The notes under the pieces: model-generated
Seen by the model: only the letters and a program-made list of their open reading frames with translations
Databases searched by the model: none
What the model was told of the DNA's origin: nothing
IMG/VR virus record: IMGVR_UViG_3300012007_000007
Coordinates: 99,434-163,433 of that record
Strand: one strand, 5' to 3'
DNA length: 64,000 nucleotides
From: a virus
Taxonomy: Duplodnaviria; Heunggongvirae; Uroviricota; Caudoviricetes
In this document: in pieces, positions 8,896-17,783 of the stretch
How the letters are laid out: every line of letters begins with the position of its first letter
Numbering within the stretch: position 1 is the first letter of the stretch
Position numbers and translations under genes: made by a program

Positions 8896-9912
8896 ATGCC
8901 CAACGCAAACCTCAACAAGGCCAAGGCCGCCAAGAACGATGAATTTTATACCGTAATCGCGGACATTGAACGCGAAATGAACGCCTACTACGACCGCGAC
9001 CCGGATGTTTTCCGTGGCAAGACCATCCTCTGCCCGTGCGACGACCCGACTTGGAGCAACTTCACCAAGCACTTTACGCAGAACTTCGTCCGCTACGGCC
9101 TGAAGAAGCTCATCTGCACCGGCTACCACAAGGGCGGCAAGGGCATGAAGTATGTCCTTGAAGGCGACACGGACGGCAACGGCAAGGTCGAAGCAGCCGA
9201 CATCGTTGCTACCGAAATGGAAGGTGACGGCGATTTCCGTAGCGAGGAAGTCCAGGAACTGCTCGGAGAAGTGGACTTCATCATCACGAATCCCCCCTTC
9301 TCGCTCTTCCGCGAATTTATCGCTTGGATTATGGAACACGGGAAAAAGTTTGCAATTATCGGAACACAGAACGCCGTTTCTTGTTCCGAAGTGTTCAGTC
9401 TCATTAAGAGCAACCAAGTGTGGCTCGGTGCTACCGGGAACAACACCGACATGGTGTTCCGCGTTCCCGAAGGTGCCGAAATCAAGCCTTCCGACCGTGC
9501 CAAGGCAGAACGCCTGGGCTACAAGGGCAGCTATACCCGTCTCGGGAACAGCTGCTGGTTTACCAACATCGAACACGGCAAGCGTCATGAGTTCCTTGAC
9601 CTCTGCACCAAGGCACAGCTGAAGAAGCGCGGGGTGGAGTTCCCGAAGTATGACAACTACAGGGCCATCGAAGTGTCCAAGGGGGCATACATCCCCAAGG
9701 ACTACAAGGGGGTGATGGGCGTGCCCGTCACATGGCTGGACAAGTATAACCCGGAGCAGTTTGAAATTGTGGGCCTTGACGAAGCCCACGGCACCGGGAA
9801 CTCCAACGGGTTGTGGACGGGCGGCAACAAGAAGGCAACCATCAATGGAGAAGAAAAGTACGCCCGCCTCTTCATCAGGCACAAGCCCGCCACCGAAGAG
9901 GCCGACGCATAG
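8896..9912 (+). CDS. DNA N6-adenine (amino) methyltransferase, NPPF motif IV (338 aa)
   Basis: VDFIITNPPFSLFREF catalytic motif; paralog of CDS 12150..13115 (about 55-60% identity over the N-terminal 60 aa). Confidence 0.75.
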   Translation: MPNANLNKAKAAKNDEFYTVIADIEREMNAYYDRDPDVFRGKTILCPCDDPTWSNFTKHFTQNFVRYGLKKLICTGYHKGGKGMKYVLEGDTDGNGKVEAADIVATEMEGDGDFRSEEVQELLGEVDFIITNPPFSLFREFIAWIMEHGKKFAIIGTQNAVSCSEVFSLIKSNQVWLGATGNNTDMVFRVPEGAEIKPSDRAKAERLGYKGSYTRLGNSCWFTNIEHGKRHEFLDLCTKAQLKKRGVEFPKYDNYRAIEVSKGAYIPKDYKGVMGVPVTWLDKYNPEQFEIVGLDEAHGTGNSNGLWTGGNKKATINGEEKYARLFIRHKPATEEADA

Positions 9913-9986
9913 GAATCACGGAAAATTTTCTTAATTTTCCAAAACTATCACATAGAAGGACTATCAAACGGAAAGGAGACCCGACG

Positions 9987-11237
9987 ATGGAACCGACAAA
10001 ACTTTTTGAAATTTTTGAAGAAGTGGCCCACGCAGAACAGCGCCCGGGCGAAATGGTGTCCCGCTACGCCACAGTCAAAATCCGCGACCTCGTGGACGGG
10101 GCCATCTTCGATGCAGCCGAAAACAAGGGCCTCTATGCCCTTGACGGCCACATCATCGTTCAACCCAAATATCAGCGTTTCTACATCTACGGGGACGGCA
10201 AGCGCGATGTCAAGGTCATTGACTCCATCCTCAAGGGCCTCCCCATCGGCATGATTAGCCTCTATCTCCCCGGCGACCTCGCCCGTGACGGCAAGCCGAT
10301 GGCCGAAGTTTTGGATGGTCAACAGCGCCTCACCACAATCATCCGCTTCTGCACGGAGAAGTTCTCCGTGGATATTGACGGCAATCCGTTCAATTTCTAC
10401 GCCCTCCCGGAAGAAATCAAGGCCAAGATTCTTGACACGGAAATCCCGGTGAGCATCTGCGCCGGGGGCGAAAAGATGCGTAACGATTGGTTCAAGACCA
10501 TCAATATGCAGGGTGTCGCCCTCACGGACATGGAAATCCTCAACTGCGTCTATTCCGGCGAACAGGTGGAAGCCCTCAAGGAAAAGTTCTCCCATGTCAC
10601 CCCTTACCTTTCCAATGTTGCCCTGCAATACATCAAGGGCGACCCGATGCGCCAGGAAATCGAGGAAACCGCTATCAAGATGGTCTGCCCCGATGTGGAA
10701 GCCTACCTTGCCGAACACCGCCACGATGCCGATGTCTCCAAGGTGGAAGCCAAGTTCCACGCCGTCATTGACTGGGTGGACAGCATCTTCCCGGAATACT
10801 ACAAGGAAATGAAGGGATTGGAATGGGGTCGCCTCTATGACGAATACCACGAAAAATTCTTCAATTCCGAAGAATTGGGAAAGATTGTGGCCGACCTCAT
10901 GGCGGACGAGCATGTGACCGCCAAGAAGGGCGCATTTGAATACGCCTTGCAGAAGGCATCCGGGGCTGACCCCGACCTCTCCCTGCTCCATATCCGTCTG
11001 TTCGAGGAATCAACCAAGCGCACGGTATTCTCCCGCCAGACCCAAGAAGCCAAGGAAAAGGGCGAATCCAACTGCCCGATGTGCGTATTGGAGAACGGTG
11101 CTAACCGTGCCAAGCTCTACGGCATCAAGGAAATGGATGCCGACCACGCCTCCGCATGGTCGAAGGGTGGCGCTACGGACATTTCCAATTGCGTGATGCT
11201 TTGTGCCCATCACAACCGAATGAAGGGAAACCGCTAA
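9987..11237 (+). CDS. DUF262 (ParB-like nuclease N-domain) + C-terminal HNH endonuclease, GmrSD-like architecture (416 aa)
   Basis: DGQQRLTT motif; C-terminal CPMC...DHASAWSKGG...NCVMLCAHHN HNH motif; AAAGGAGA RBS. Confidence 0.7.
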   Translation: MEPTKLFEIFEEVAHAEQRPGEMVSRYATVKIRDLVDGAIFDAAENKGLYALDGHIIVQPKYQRFYIYGDGKRDVKVIDSILKGLPIGMISLYLPGDLARDGKPMAEVLDGQQRLTTIIRFCTEKFSVDIDGNPFNFYALPEEIKAKILDTEIPVSICAGGEKMRNDWFKTINMQGVALTDMEILNCVYSGEQVEALKEKFSHVTPYLSNVALQYIKGDPMRQEIEETAIKMVCPDVEAYLAEHRHDADVSKVEAKFHAVIDWVDSIFPEYYKEMKGLEWGRLYDEYHEKFFNSEELGKIVADLMADEHVTAKKGAFEYALQKASGADPDLSLLHIRLFEESTKRTVFSRQTQEAKEKGESNCPMCVLENGANRAKLYGIKEMDADHASAWSKGGATDISNCVMLCAHHNRMKGNR

Positions 11238-11285
11238 CATCAAATTGGGCTTCCTCAACAAGTAACAGCCAATGCCTCCACAGAG

Positions 11286-11322
11286 AACCTCCCGGGAAAT
11301 CCCGGGAGGCTTTCGTTTTCCC
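11286..11322 (+). terminator. intrinsic terminator
   Basis: GAACCTCCCGGGAAATCCCGGGAGGC + tttcgttttcc. Confidence 0.55.
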
Positions 11323-11373
11323 CTGAAGCTTCCAGACGACTTCCGACACTGAGCCCGCGGGCATCGCCCGTCC

Positions 11374-11420
11374 TCTAACGGGACGGGGATGGGATGCCCG
11401 GGAACTCCCGGGGTTCACCA
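11374..11420 (+). promoter_or_regulatory. class-I element
   Basis: TCTAACGGGacgGGGATGGGATGCCCGGGAACTCCCGGGG. Confidence 0.55.
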
Positions 11421-11451
11421 TCAGTCCAATACGCTTATGGAGGAAAAGACT

Positions 11452-12009
11452 ATGGCACACGAAACTATCCCCACCGATTCCTATGACGAGAAGGGCGAAT
11501 TTGTCATCCTCGACAGTATGGCCAGCCCGGACTACGACCGTATAAAGGAGGACTGCGAGGCCAACGACTGGGACATCCCGGAGGTTGACTCGGAGGAATA
11601 CTGGGAACACTGGCACTGTATTCTGGATAGCGACCTGGAGCTTTTCCGGGATTCCTTCGCAGACCTCGGCCTCGTGGTGATGCGCGGAAAGTCTGGGCTT
11701 TGGTACGGCGACCGCGACTGCGGCAACGTGGCCAGGGTGGAGAACGGCGACCAGTTCCTGGCCATCGCCATGCACGGGGACGGGGTGGACGACTGCCGGG
11801 TCTACTTCACGAAGGAACAGGGGCTTTGTTCCGACGGATACCACCACGACGGGACGAACTCCTACGCCTACCGCCAGCTCACCGAGAAGGGAAAGGAACT
11901 CTATACCGCGTGGGACAACTATGAAATTGAGATGAGTGAACGGGAACTCCACGAGAAGCTGTGGGAACCCGAATACTCCACGAAGATTGACTGGTTCCTC
12001 GACACATAA
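11452..12009 (+). CDS. hypothetical protein (185 aa)
   Basis: ATG after cTTATGGAGGaaaagact. Confidence 0.6.
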   Translation: MAHETIPTDSYDEKGEFVILDSMASPDYDRIKEDCEANDWDIPEVDSEEYWEHWHCILDSDLELFRDSFADLGLVVMRGKSGLWYGDRDCGNVARVENGDQFLAIAMHGDGVDDCRVYFTKEQGLCSDGYHHDGTNSYAYRQLTEKGKELYTAWDNYEIEMSERELHEKLWEPEYSTKIDWFLDT

Positions 12010-12062
12010 ATTTTCCGATTGCCTCCCAGCTCCTCCCGGGAAACCCCCGGGAGGTTGCCTGT

Positions 12063-12095
12063 ATCTAACGGGGCCTGGATGGCTACCCCGGCCCG
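12063..12095 (+). promoter_or_regulatory. class-I element (heavily degenerate)
   Basis: ATCTAACGGGgcctGGATGGCTACCCCGGCCC. Confidence 0.35.
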
Positions 12096-12124
12096 TTGAC
12101 CCGGAAATTATTTTTTATTATAAT
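12096..12124 (+). promoter_or_regulatory. consensus sigma70 promoter (TTGACC-17-TATAAT)
   Basis: -35 TTGACC, exact 17-nt spacer, perfect TATAAT; 26 nt upstream of methyltransferase ATG. Confidence 0.6.
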
Positions 12125-12149
12125 TTTTTCATAAAAAAGGAAACCCCGA

Positions 12150-13115
12150 ATGCCCAACGCAAACCTCAACCGGGCGAAATCAGCCAAGAACGACGAATTC
12201 TACACGCTTCCAGCCGATGTTTCCCTGGAAGTATCGGCATACCTCCGCAGGAACCCCGACCTTTTCCGGGGAAAGTCCGTGCTCTGCCCCTGCGACGACC
12301 CGGACGACAGCGCGTTCGCGAGCCACTTCGCGGAACACCTGGGCGAATACGGGATAACCCGCCTGGTCTGCTCCTGCTACAACCGGGAATCCCACGGGAA
12401 GGTACGGGTCATAGAGAACGGTACTACCGTAGACTCCGAGCTCGAGGGCGACGGGGACTTCCGGGGGGAGGAGGTGGGACGGCTCATCGACGGCGCGGAC
12501 TTCGTGGTGACCAACCCCCCGTTCAGCCTGTTCAGGGACATCGTGGCCGTCCTGACGGCGAAAAATAAATTCTTTTCCCTGATAGGGAACCTCAACGCGA
12601 TAGGGTACAGCGAGATTTTCCCCCTTATAATGGAGAACCGCCTCTGGACGGGGGCCACCCACTTCAACACCGGGATGTACTTCCGCGTTCCCGGGGACTA
12701 CGAGTACGCACCCACCTACAAGTTCGACCGGGAGCGGGACGGCGTGAAGGTGATGCGCGTCCCGGCGACCTGCTGGTTCACCAACATAGACTTCGACTCA
12801 AGGCACGACACCCTGGAGCTCTCCTCCCGGGAAGCCCTGGAGAAGAAGGGGGTGTCGTTCCCGGTATATGACGACTACGACGCGATAGAGGTGTCGAAGG
12901 CGGTCAACATCCCGGGCGACTTCCCGGGGATAATGGGAGTTCCCATATCCTGGCTGGGCAAGTACAACCCGGAACAGTTCGAGATAGTGGGCATAGCCAA
13001 CCACGGCAAGGACAGCGAGTACGACCTGTTCGCCCCGAGCGTCCACGGGGAGACCGTGTACAAGCGGCTGCTCATCAGGCACCGGCATGCGCCCCAGGAT
13101 TCCCCCGTCCTCTAA
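12150..13115 (+). CDS. DNA N6-adenine methyltransferase paralog (321 aa)
   Basis: FVVTNPPFSLFRDI motif; N-terminus near-identical to CDS 8896. Confidence 0.75.
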   Translation: MPNANLNRAKSAKNDEFYTLPADVSLEVSAYLRRNPDLFRGKSVLCPCDDPDDSAFASHFAEHLGEYGITRLVCSCYNRESHGKVRVIENGTTVDSELEGDGDFRGEEVGRLIDGADFVVTNPPFSLFRDIVAVLTAKNKFFSLIGNLNAIGYSEIFPLIMENRLWTGATHFNTGMYFRVPGDYEYAPTYKFDRERDGVKVMRVPATCWFTNIDFDSRHDTLELSSREALEKKGVSFPVYDDYDAIEVSKAVNIPGDFPGIMGVPISWLGKYNPEQFEIVGIANHGKDSEYDLFAPSVHGETVYKRLLIRHRHAPQDSPVL

Positions 13116-13158
13116 CGGGTACGGGATGGGATGCCCGGGAACTCCCGGGGATAACCAC
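13111..13158 (+). promoter_or_regulatory. class-I element
   Basis: TCTAACGGGtacGGGATGGGATGCCCGGGAACTCCCGGGG; overlaps the methyltransferase stop codon. Confidence 0.55.
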
Positions 13159-13184
13159 ACCAATGTAAAAATGGAGGACATTAA

Positions 13185-13403
13185 ATGCTAGCATTTCCCG
13201 AATCCAACCCGAAGCCGGTAATTTCCCGCGACGGGGGGAACGTCCCCTGCCGTCGCCCGGACAAGACGGGTACGAAGCCGCCCTGCATCAACTGCGGCCG
13301 CCCGACCTACCGCTACATCGGGTCCTACCCGGTATGTTCCTACTGCACGAAGCTCGTAAAGCTGGACAGGTACGGCCAGCCGATAAAGGAGGCGAAACAA
13401 TGA
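13185..13403 (+). CDS. zinc-ribbon protein (72 aa)
   Basis: CINCGRPTYRYIGSYPVCSYCTK (4 Cys); aaaATGGAGGacattaa leader. Confidence 0.55.
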   Translation: MLAFPESNPKPVISRDGGNVPCRRPDKTGTKPPCINCGRPTYRYIGSYPVCSYCTKLVKLDRYGQPIKEAKQ

Positions 13404-13579
13404 CAGCCAAGAAGTTCTGCTACGAAGTACACGCCGACACTCCCGCAGGGAGGAAGGTGACATTCCCGGTAGCCGATACCGACGAGGAGGCCGTGGACAC
13501 GGCGCTCGCCGTGTTCCCGAGGGGCTCCCGGGTGACCAAGGTGGTAAACCAGGATACCGGGAAGGTCTGGGTACCCTAA
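13400..13579 (+). CDS. hypothetical protein (59 aa), translationally coupled (ATGA overlap)
   Basis: AAGGAGG RBS inside the upstream gene's end; in-frame ATG of ORF 13334..13579. Confidence 0.5.
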   Translation: MTAKKFCYEVHADTPAGRKVTFPVADTDEEAVDTALAVFPRGSRVTKVVNQDTGKVWVP

Positions 13580-13622
13580 CGGGGCCGGGATGGGATGCCC
13601 GGGAGTTCCCGGGAATTTCCCA
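13575..13622 (+). promoter_or_regulatory. class-I element
   Basis: CCTAACGGGgccGGGATGGGATGCCCGGGAGTTCCCGGGAATTTCCCA. Confidence 0.55.
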
Positions 13623-13653
13623 CGTCATAACCAGTCAAACAATGGAGGAAACA

Positions 13654-13929
13654 ATGAGAAAGACAATCTACATCGTCCACACCGCGCAGTTCTACGAATC
13701 TTCCGGCGAACTGATAACCTTCGCCCGGGCATTCCCGACACTGAAGGCTGCGGCGAAGTTCGTCGTGGCTGACTACAACGCACAGTGCCGTATCTTCGGG
13801 GACCCCAACACCCTCTCCGATACCGCCTGGAAGGGAATCTCTCAAACCCGTCAAATCGAATCTCCCGGTGAAATCTGGTCTGGCTGGCTCATCTGGAACA
13901 TCACGAAGCAGGTGCTGTCTATCGGGTAA
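13654..13929 (+). CDS. hypothetical protein (91 aa)
   Basis: ATG after cAATGGAGGaaaca. Confidence 0.6.
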   Translation: MRKTIYIVHTAQFYESSGELITFARAFPTLKAAAKFVVADYNAQCRIFGDPNTLSDTAWKGISQTRQIESPGEIWSGWLIWNITKQVLSIG

Positions 13930-13965
13930 CGGATGGGATGCCCGGGAACTCCCGGGGTTTCCCAT
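13918..13965 (+). promoter_or_regulatory. class-I element (overlaps the upstream gene's 3' end)
   Basis: TCTATCGGGtaacGGATGGGATGCCCGGGAACTCCCGGGGTTTCCCA. Confidence 0.55.
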
Positions 13966-13998
13966 TGGAACAACAGATAGCACAACAACGGAGGCAAT

Positions 13999-14247
13999 AT
14001 GTATATTCTCAACGTAGACGGAAACGCAGTATCTACCCACAGCACCCTGGAGGAGGCTTTCAAGGCACGCAACGACAAGGTGCGGGAAATCTGTCTCGAA
14101 CTGTACGACAACGACATCATCGACAAGTACGCCGTAGAGGACTGGTGCTTTGACCTCGGCAACAACAAGGATATGTCCTTCTGCATCGACGAGGGTTGCG
14201 GTTACACCATCGACATCGTGAAATCCAAGGACGAAAGAGTAGCATAG
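13999..14247 (+). CDS. hypothetical protein (82 aa)
   Basis: ORF track; ACGGAGGCAAT RBS. Confidence 0.6.
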   Translation: MYILNVDGNAVSTHSTLEEAFKARNDKVREICLELYDNDIIDKYAVEDWCFDLGNNKDMSFCIDEGCGYTIDIVKSKDERVA

Positions 14248-14273
14248 TCAGTTTTTAGTTAAATGGGGGAATA

Positions 14274-14321
14274 TCTAACGGGCCCGGGATGGGATGCCCG
14301 GGATTCCCGGGAGTTTCCCAG
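14274..14321 (+). promoter_or_regulatory. class-I element
   Basis: TCTAACGGGcccGGGATGGGATGCCCGGGATTCCCGGGAGTTTCCCA. Confidence 0.55.
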
Positions 14322-14352
14322 CGGAACCGCATAACCTATGGAGGAAAGCATT

Positions 14353-14775
14353 ATGGCAAGAGAAGCAATCAGCAAGATTACCCACGAATGGCTGGCTGAC
14401 GTAATCGCCCGTCTCGACCGGGAGAACCCGGACGGAACCAAGAGCAACGCCGTATACTGGCACAAGGTCGCCGAGACGGAAATGGGAACCGGCCTCTACA
14501 TCGTGGTGGGCTGGGGAAACGGCTTCGACGAGGCCCCGGAGCACACCAAGTTCGCCGACGGCACTTGGCGTATCTGCGCGAAGATAGGGTACGCCAGCGG
14601 GACTGCCGGGATTACCGGGTACGAGGATTTCTACATGCCATACGACCTTGAGGACGGGGAGGTGTGCGATACCGACTCCGAGGTAAGACCGTACAAGTAC
14701 TGTGCCGTCCGCCTGAACCGGGAAGCCCGGGATGTGTGGAACGAATACAAGGACACGCTGGACGAGCTCGGGTAA
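14353..14775 (+). CDS. hypothetical protein (140 aa)
   Basis: ATG after cTATGGAGGaaagcatt. Confidence 0.6.
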   Translation: MAREAISKITHEWLADVIARLDRENPDGTKSNAVYWHKVAETEMGTGLYIVVGWGNGFDEAPEHTKFADGTWRICAKIGYASGTAGITGYEDFYMPYDLEDGEVCDTDSEVRPYKYCAVRLNREARDVWNEYKDTLDELG

Positions 14776-14805
14776 AAAATTTTTTATTAAATGGGGGATA
14801 GCATT

Positions 14806-15171
14806 ATGGCAGGACGGAAGGACGCAAGCCGGGCAAAAATCTACATCACCATCGTTCCCGTAGATGGCGAAATCTGCGACGCTGGCGTGGACATCTTCAC
14901 CGACCGCAAGGCCGCCGAGGACTACGCCAGCATGTTCGATGGGATGAAGGTAATCGAGAAGCGGATTTCCGTGGAACCCCCGGAACCGAAGAAGGTGCCC
15001 GTTACAGTAACCTGCTACGGCAACACGGAAAACTGGCCCTGCGCGGAGGACGCGATACGCTACTACCGAGAAGCCGCGAATTGCAGCGACGGCTGCGAGC
15101 GCGACCGCTACCTGACCATCGTCTCGAAGCTCCTCGACGGCCAGACCGTCGTTGACGACCAGTGGGGCTAG
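14806..15171 (+). CDS. hypothetical protein (121 aa), no element of its own
   Basis: ATG after AAATGGGGGATAGCATT; follows 14775 directly. Confidence 0.55.
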   Translation: MAGRKDASRAKIYITIVPVDGEICDAGVDIFTDRKAAEDYASMFDGMKVIEKRISVEPPEPKKVPVTVTCYGNTENWPCAEDAIRYYREAANCSDGCERDRYLTIVSKLLDGQTVVDDQWG

Positions 15172-15174
15172 CTG

Positions 15175-15222
15175 TCTATCGGGACAGGGATGGGATGCCC
15201 GGGATTCCCGGGAGTTCCGCAT
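15175..15222 (+). promoter_or_regulatory. class-I element
   Basis: TCTATCGGGacaGGGATGGGATGCCCGGGATTCCCGGGAGTTCCGCATAT. Confidence 0.55.
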
Positions 15223-15250
15223 ATACCCAATGTAACAAGTGGAGGAAACC

Positions 15251-15682
15251 ATGATACACACGGGAAAGCTGGGACTGTCCAGCGATGAAATCAGGGCCGA
15301 ACTCGAGGAAATCAACTCGGCCATCTGCCGCCGGAACCCCTCCGTCTGCCGTTCCGGCATAGGCTTCGCCCACCTGGCGACTCCCGGGGAAACCCACCGC
15401 CGCAACGTCCTCCGGGCGATGCAGATGGCGATTTCCTGCATCGCCTACAACGACAAGGAAGGATGGGCCAACTACTCCCTCAGCTTCCAGCAACCCATGC
15501 CCCAGGCGAACAACCCGGAATACGAATGCTCACCCGAGCAGAAGGCCGCATACCCCCTCTCCGACGCGGAACTCGCCGCCGTGTACGCCGCGCAGAAGCT
15601 CCGTATCTCCCAGGGAACCGTGGTCAGGAACCTGGCTGAAGATGACGACGGAAGCTTCAGGTACGCCGGTGTGCGCTGGTAG
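15251..15682 (+). CDS. hypothetical protein (143 aa)
   Basis: ATG after AGTGGAGGaaacc. Confidence 0.6.
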   Translation: MIHTGKLGLSSDEIRAELEEINSAICRRNPSVCRSGIGFAHLATPGETHRRNVLRAMQMAISCIAYNDKEGWANYSLSFQQPMPQANNPEYECSPEQKAAYPLSDAELAAVYAAQKLRISQGTVVRNLAEDDDGSFRYAGVRW

Positions 15683-15730
15683 TCTATCGGGGCCAGGATG
15701 GGATGCCCGGGAGAACCGGGAGTTTACCAC
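15683..15730 (+). promoter_or_regulatory. class-I element
   Basis: TCTATCGGGgccaGGATGGGATGCCCGGGAGAACCGGGAGTTTACCA. Confidence 0.55.
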
Positions 15731-15761
15731 CTATCGGCTATAACCTATGGAGGAAAGGACT

Positions 15762-16232
15762 ATGAACTATCAGACGGTAAAGAACATACTCACATGTGCA
15801 CGGGAGAACGGCGTGGCCGAAATCATCTACACGGGAACCAACAGCGGCGGACTCTATTCCAGCAGCTCGGCCCGTGTCTACGTATTCCTGACCCGCTACC
15901 CCGACCTCGGGGAAAGGGAGGCGAAGGACTTCGCCGAATGCCTGAAGAGCGTGGGAAAGGAGCCCGAGGACTTCCTCGACACCGTGGAAGTCATGGACGG
16001 GTACATCAAGGTGACCATCAACCACCTCGAGAACCAGCGCTCCGAGAACCAGCGCGCAGACGACCTCGACTGCACCTTCTCTACTTACGGCGGCCATGCC
16101 GCACACCGTCACTACCGCCGCGGCTGCGTATCGCGAAACACCTACGGATACACGGGCTACACCGAGCGCAACGGGGAGGAACTCCACACAATCATGATTC
16201 CCTTCGAGAACATCGTGGCCATCGTCTGCTAA
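15762..16232 (+). CDS. hypothetical protein (156 aa)
   Basis: ATG after cTATGGAGGaaaggact. Confidence 0.6.
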   Translation: MNYQTVKNILTCARENGVAEIIYTGTNSGGLYSSSSARVYVFLTRYPDLGEREAKDFAECLKSVGKEPEDFLDTVEVMDGYIKVTINHLENQRSENQRADDLDCTFSTYGGHAAHRHYRRGCVSRNTYGYTGYTERNGEELHTIMIPFENIVAIVC

Positions 16233-16235
16233 TCA

Positions 16236-16283
16236 CCTATCGGGGCCAGGATGGGATGCCCGGGAGAACCGGGGAATTCCCAC
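16236..16283 (+). promoter_or_regulatory. class-I element
   Basis: CCTATCGGGgccaGGATGGGATGCCCGGGAGAACCGGGGAATTCCCA. Confidence 0.55.
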
Positions 16284-16314
16284 CCGGCCTGCATAACCTA
16301 TGGAGGACATCGTT

Positions 16315-16875
16315 ATGGGCCAGTATTTCCGAATCATTACCCGCAACGCCAGCGGAACCACCGTCTACAACCGCGCCATCAAGGGAGAAGGCGAATACGT
16401 CGCCGCGAAGCTCATGGAACATTCCTGGTGGGAGAACTCCACCTGCAAGGCGCTCGCCGCTTCCATCGTGGACAACCCGACGAAGGTCTGCTGGTGCGGA
16501 GACTACGCCGAGGACGAAGAGTGCAAGGCGCTCGGATTCTCCTATGGGGAGGTCTGTGGCGACGACGCGGATGACAGGGAAATCGACCCGGCGCCAGCCG
16601 ACTTCTCCCTGGACAACTACAAGTACCTGGTGAACCACGACAAGAACCAGTTCGTGGACCTCGCCAAGTACCGCACGGCTTCCACCGACGGCGACGGCGA
16701 TTGCGTATTCCCGGTGTCAATCCTGACCGCCCTCGGCAACGGCCGTGGCGGTGGCGACTACCACGGGGATGACCCCCTCGTCGGCTCCTGGGCCTTCGAT
16801 ACCGTCGAAATCACCAACGACGCCGCAAAAATCGATGGATTCGAGGAAATCGAACCCGTGTTCGTGGACCGTTAA
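16315..16875 (+). CDS. hypothetical Cys/Asp-rich protein (186 aa)
   Basis: ATG after cTATGGAGGacatcgtt. Confidence 0.6.
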   Translation: MGQYFRIITRNASGTTVYNRAIKGEGEYVAAKLMEHSWWENSTCKALAASIVDNPTKVCWCGDYAEDEECKALGFSYGEVCGDDADDREIDPAPADFSLDNYKYLVNHDKNQFVDLAKYRTASTDGDGDCVFPVSILTALGNGRGGGDYHGDDPLVGSWAFDTVEITNDAAKIDGFEEIEPVFVDR

Positions 16876-16937
16876 CCCCGGCTTCCCGGGAAACTCCCGA
16901 AAAATTTTTTGTTTTCCCGTCCGGACCCCGGACGTAA

Positions 16938-16985
16938 CCTATCGGGGCTGGGATGGGATGCCCGGGAACCCCGGGGAATTCCCAA
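16938..16985 (+). promoter_or_regulatory. class-I element
   Basis: CCTATCGGGgctGGGATGGGATGCCCGGGAACCCCGGGGAATTCCCA. Confidence 0.55.
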
Positions 16986-17016
16986 GTAGGCAACAGACAA
17001 GCAAATGGAGACAAGC

Positions 17017-17598
17017 ATGAACCTCAACTACATCACCGAACCGCTGCCCCAGTACGTCACCCGGACCAAGGGAGAGGGCATGAAGCACACCCGCACATCC
17101 TACCACTGCCCCCTGTGCCGGACCGTAATCCCGAAGCGCAACTTCGAGGACCACGTCCTCACCGAGCACGCCGTGCGCGCCCAGGAATGCTTCGCCATGC
17201 TCTACGGCGTACCCTGGCCCGCCAAGTGCAAGGTCTGCAACCGCGACCTCCATTACTCCCCCGCCCACAAGGGCTTCCAGAGGGTCTGTGGGACGTGCAT
17301 CATGGGCAGCGCCGTTCCGACCGGCACCGAATACAAGAACGCAGACGACGCCAGGCAGCACATCGCCAAGCTGGAAGCGCTGCTCGCCAACGCCAAGGAA
17401 GAGGCCAAGAGGCTCGACCGCGAGGCCGAACTCGACAGGATTCCCCTCAAGGAACTCCCGTTCCCCTCCCGGAAGGACCCGAGATTCCTGATGCGGGTAT
17501 CCAAGCTGATGCGCATGTACGCCATCAACAGCGAGAAGGAACGCCTCGTGGACCTCGCGAACACCATCGACGCCAAGCTGAAGGAAGTCACCGCATAA
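17017..17598 (+). CDS. zinc-finger protein with C-terminal coiled-coil (193 aa)
   Basis: CPLCRT...HVLTEH and CKVCNRDLHY C2H2/C4-like motifs. Confidence 0.6.
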   Translation: MNLNYITEPLPQYVTRTKGEGMKHTRTSYHCPLCRTVIPKRNFEDHVLTEHAVRAQECFAMLYGVPWPAKCKVCNRDLHYSPAHKGFQRVCGTCIMGSAVPTGTEYKNADDARQHIAKLEALLANAKEEAKRLDREAELDRIPLKELPFPSRKDPRFLMRVSKLMRMYAINSEKERLVDLANTIDAKLKEVTA

Positions 17599-17609
17599 TT
17601 TTTTCCATA

Positions 17610-17655
17610 GGTCCAAGGGGCCTCCCGGGGTAACCCGGGGGGTCCTTTTTTTCCG
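17610..17655 (+). terminator. intrinsic terminator
   Basis: GGCCTCCCGGGGTAACCCGGGGGGTCC + tttttttcc. Confidence 0.55.
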
Positions 17656-17706
17656 CAAGGTGAGGACATACCCGGACCGAGGTACCTCCCGCAAGGTTCC
17701 CCGCCA

Positions 17707-17753
17707 TCTAACGGGTACAGGATGGGATGCCCGGGAGAACCGGGGAATTCCCA
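17707..17753 (+). promoter_or_regulatory. class-I element
   Basis: TCTAACGGGtacaGGATGGGATGCCCGGGAGAACCGGGGAATTCCCA. Confidence 0.55.
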
Positions 17754-17783
17754 ACAGGAAAGCGTAACCTATGGAGGAAACCT

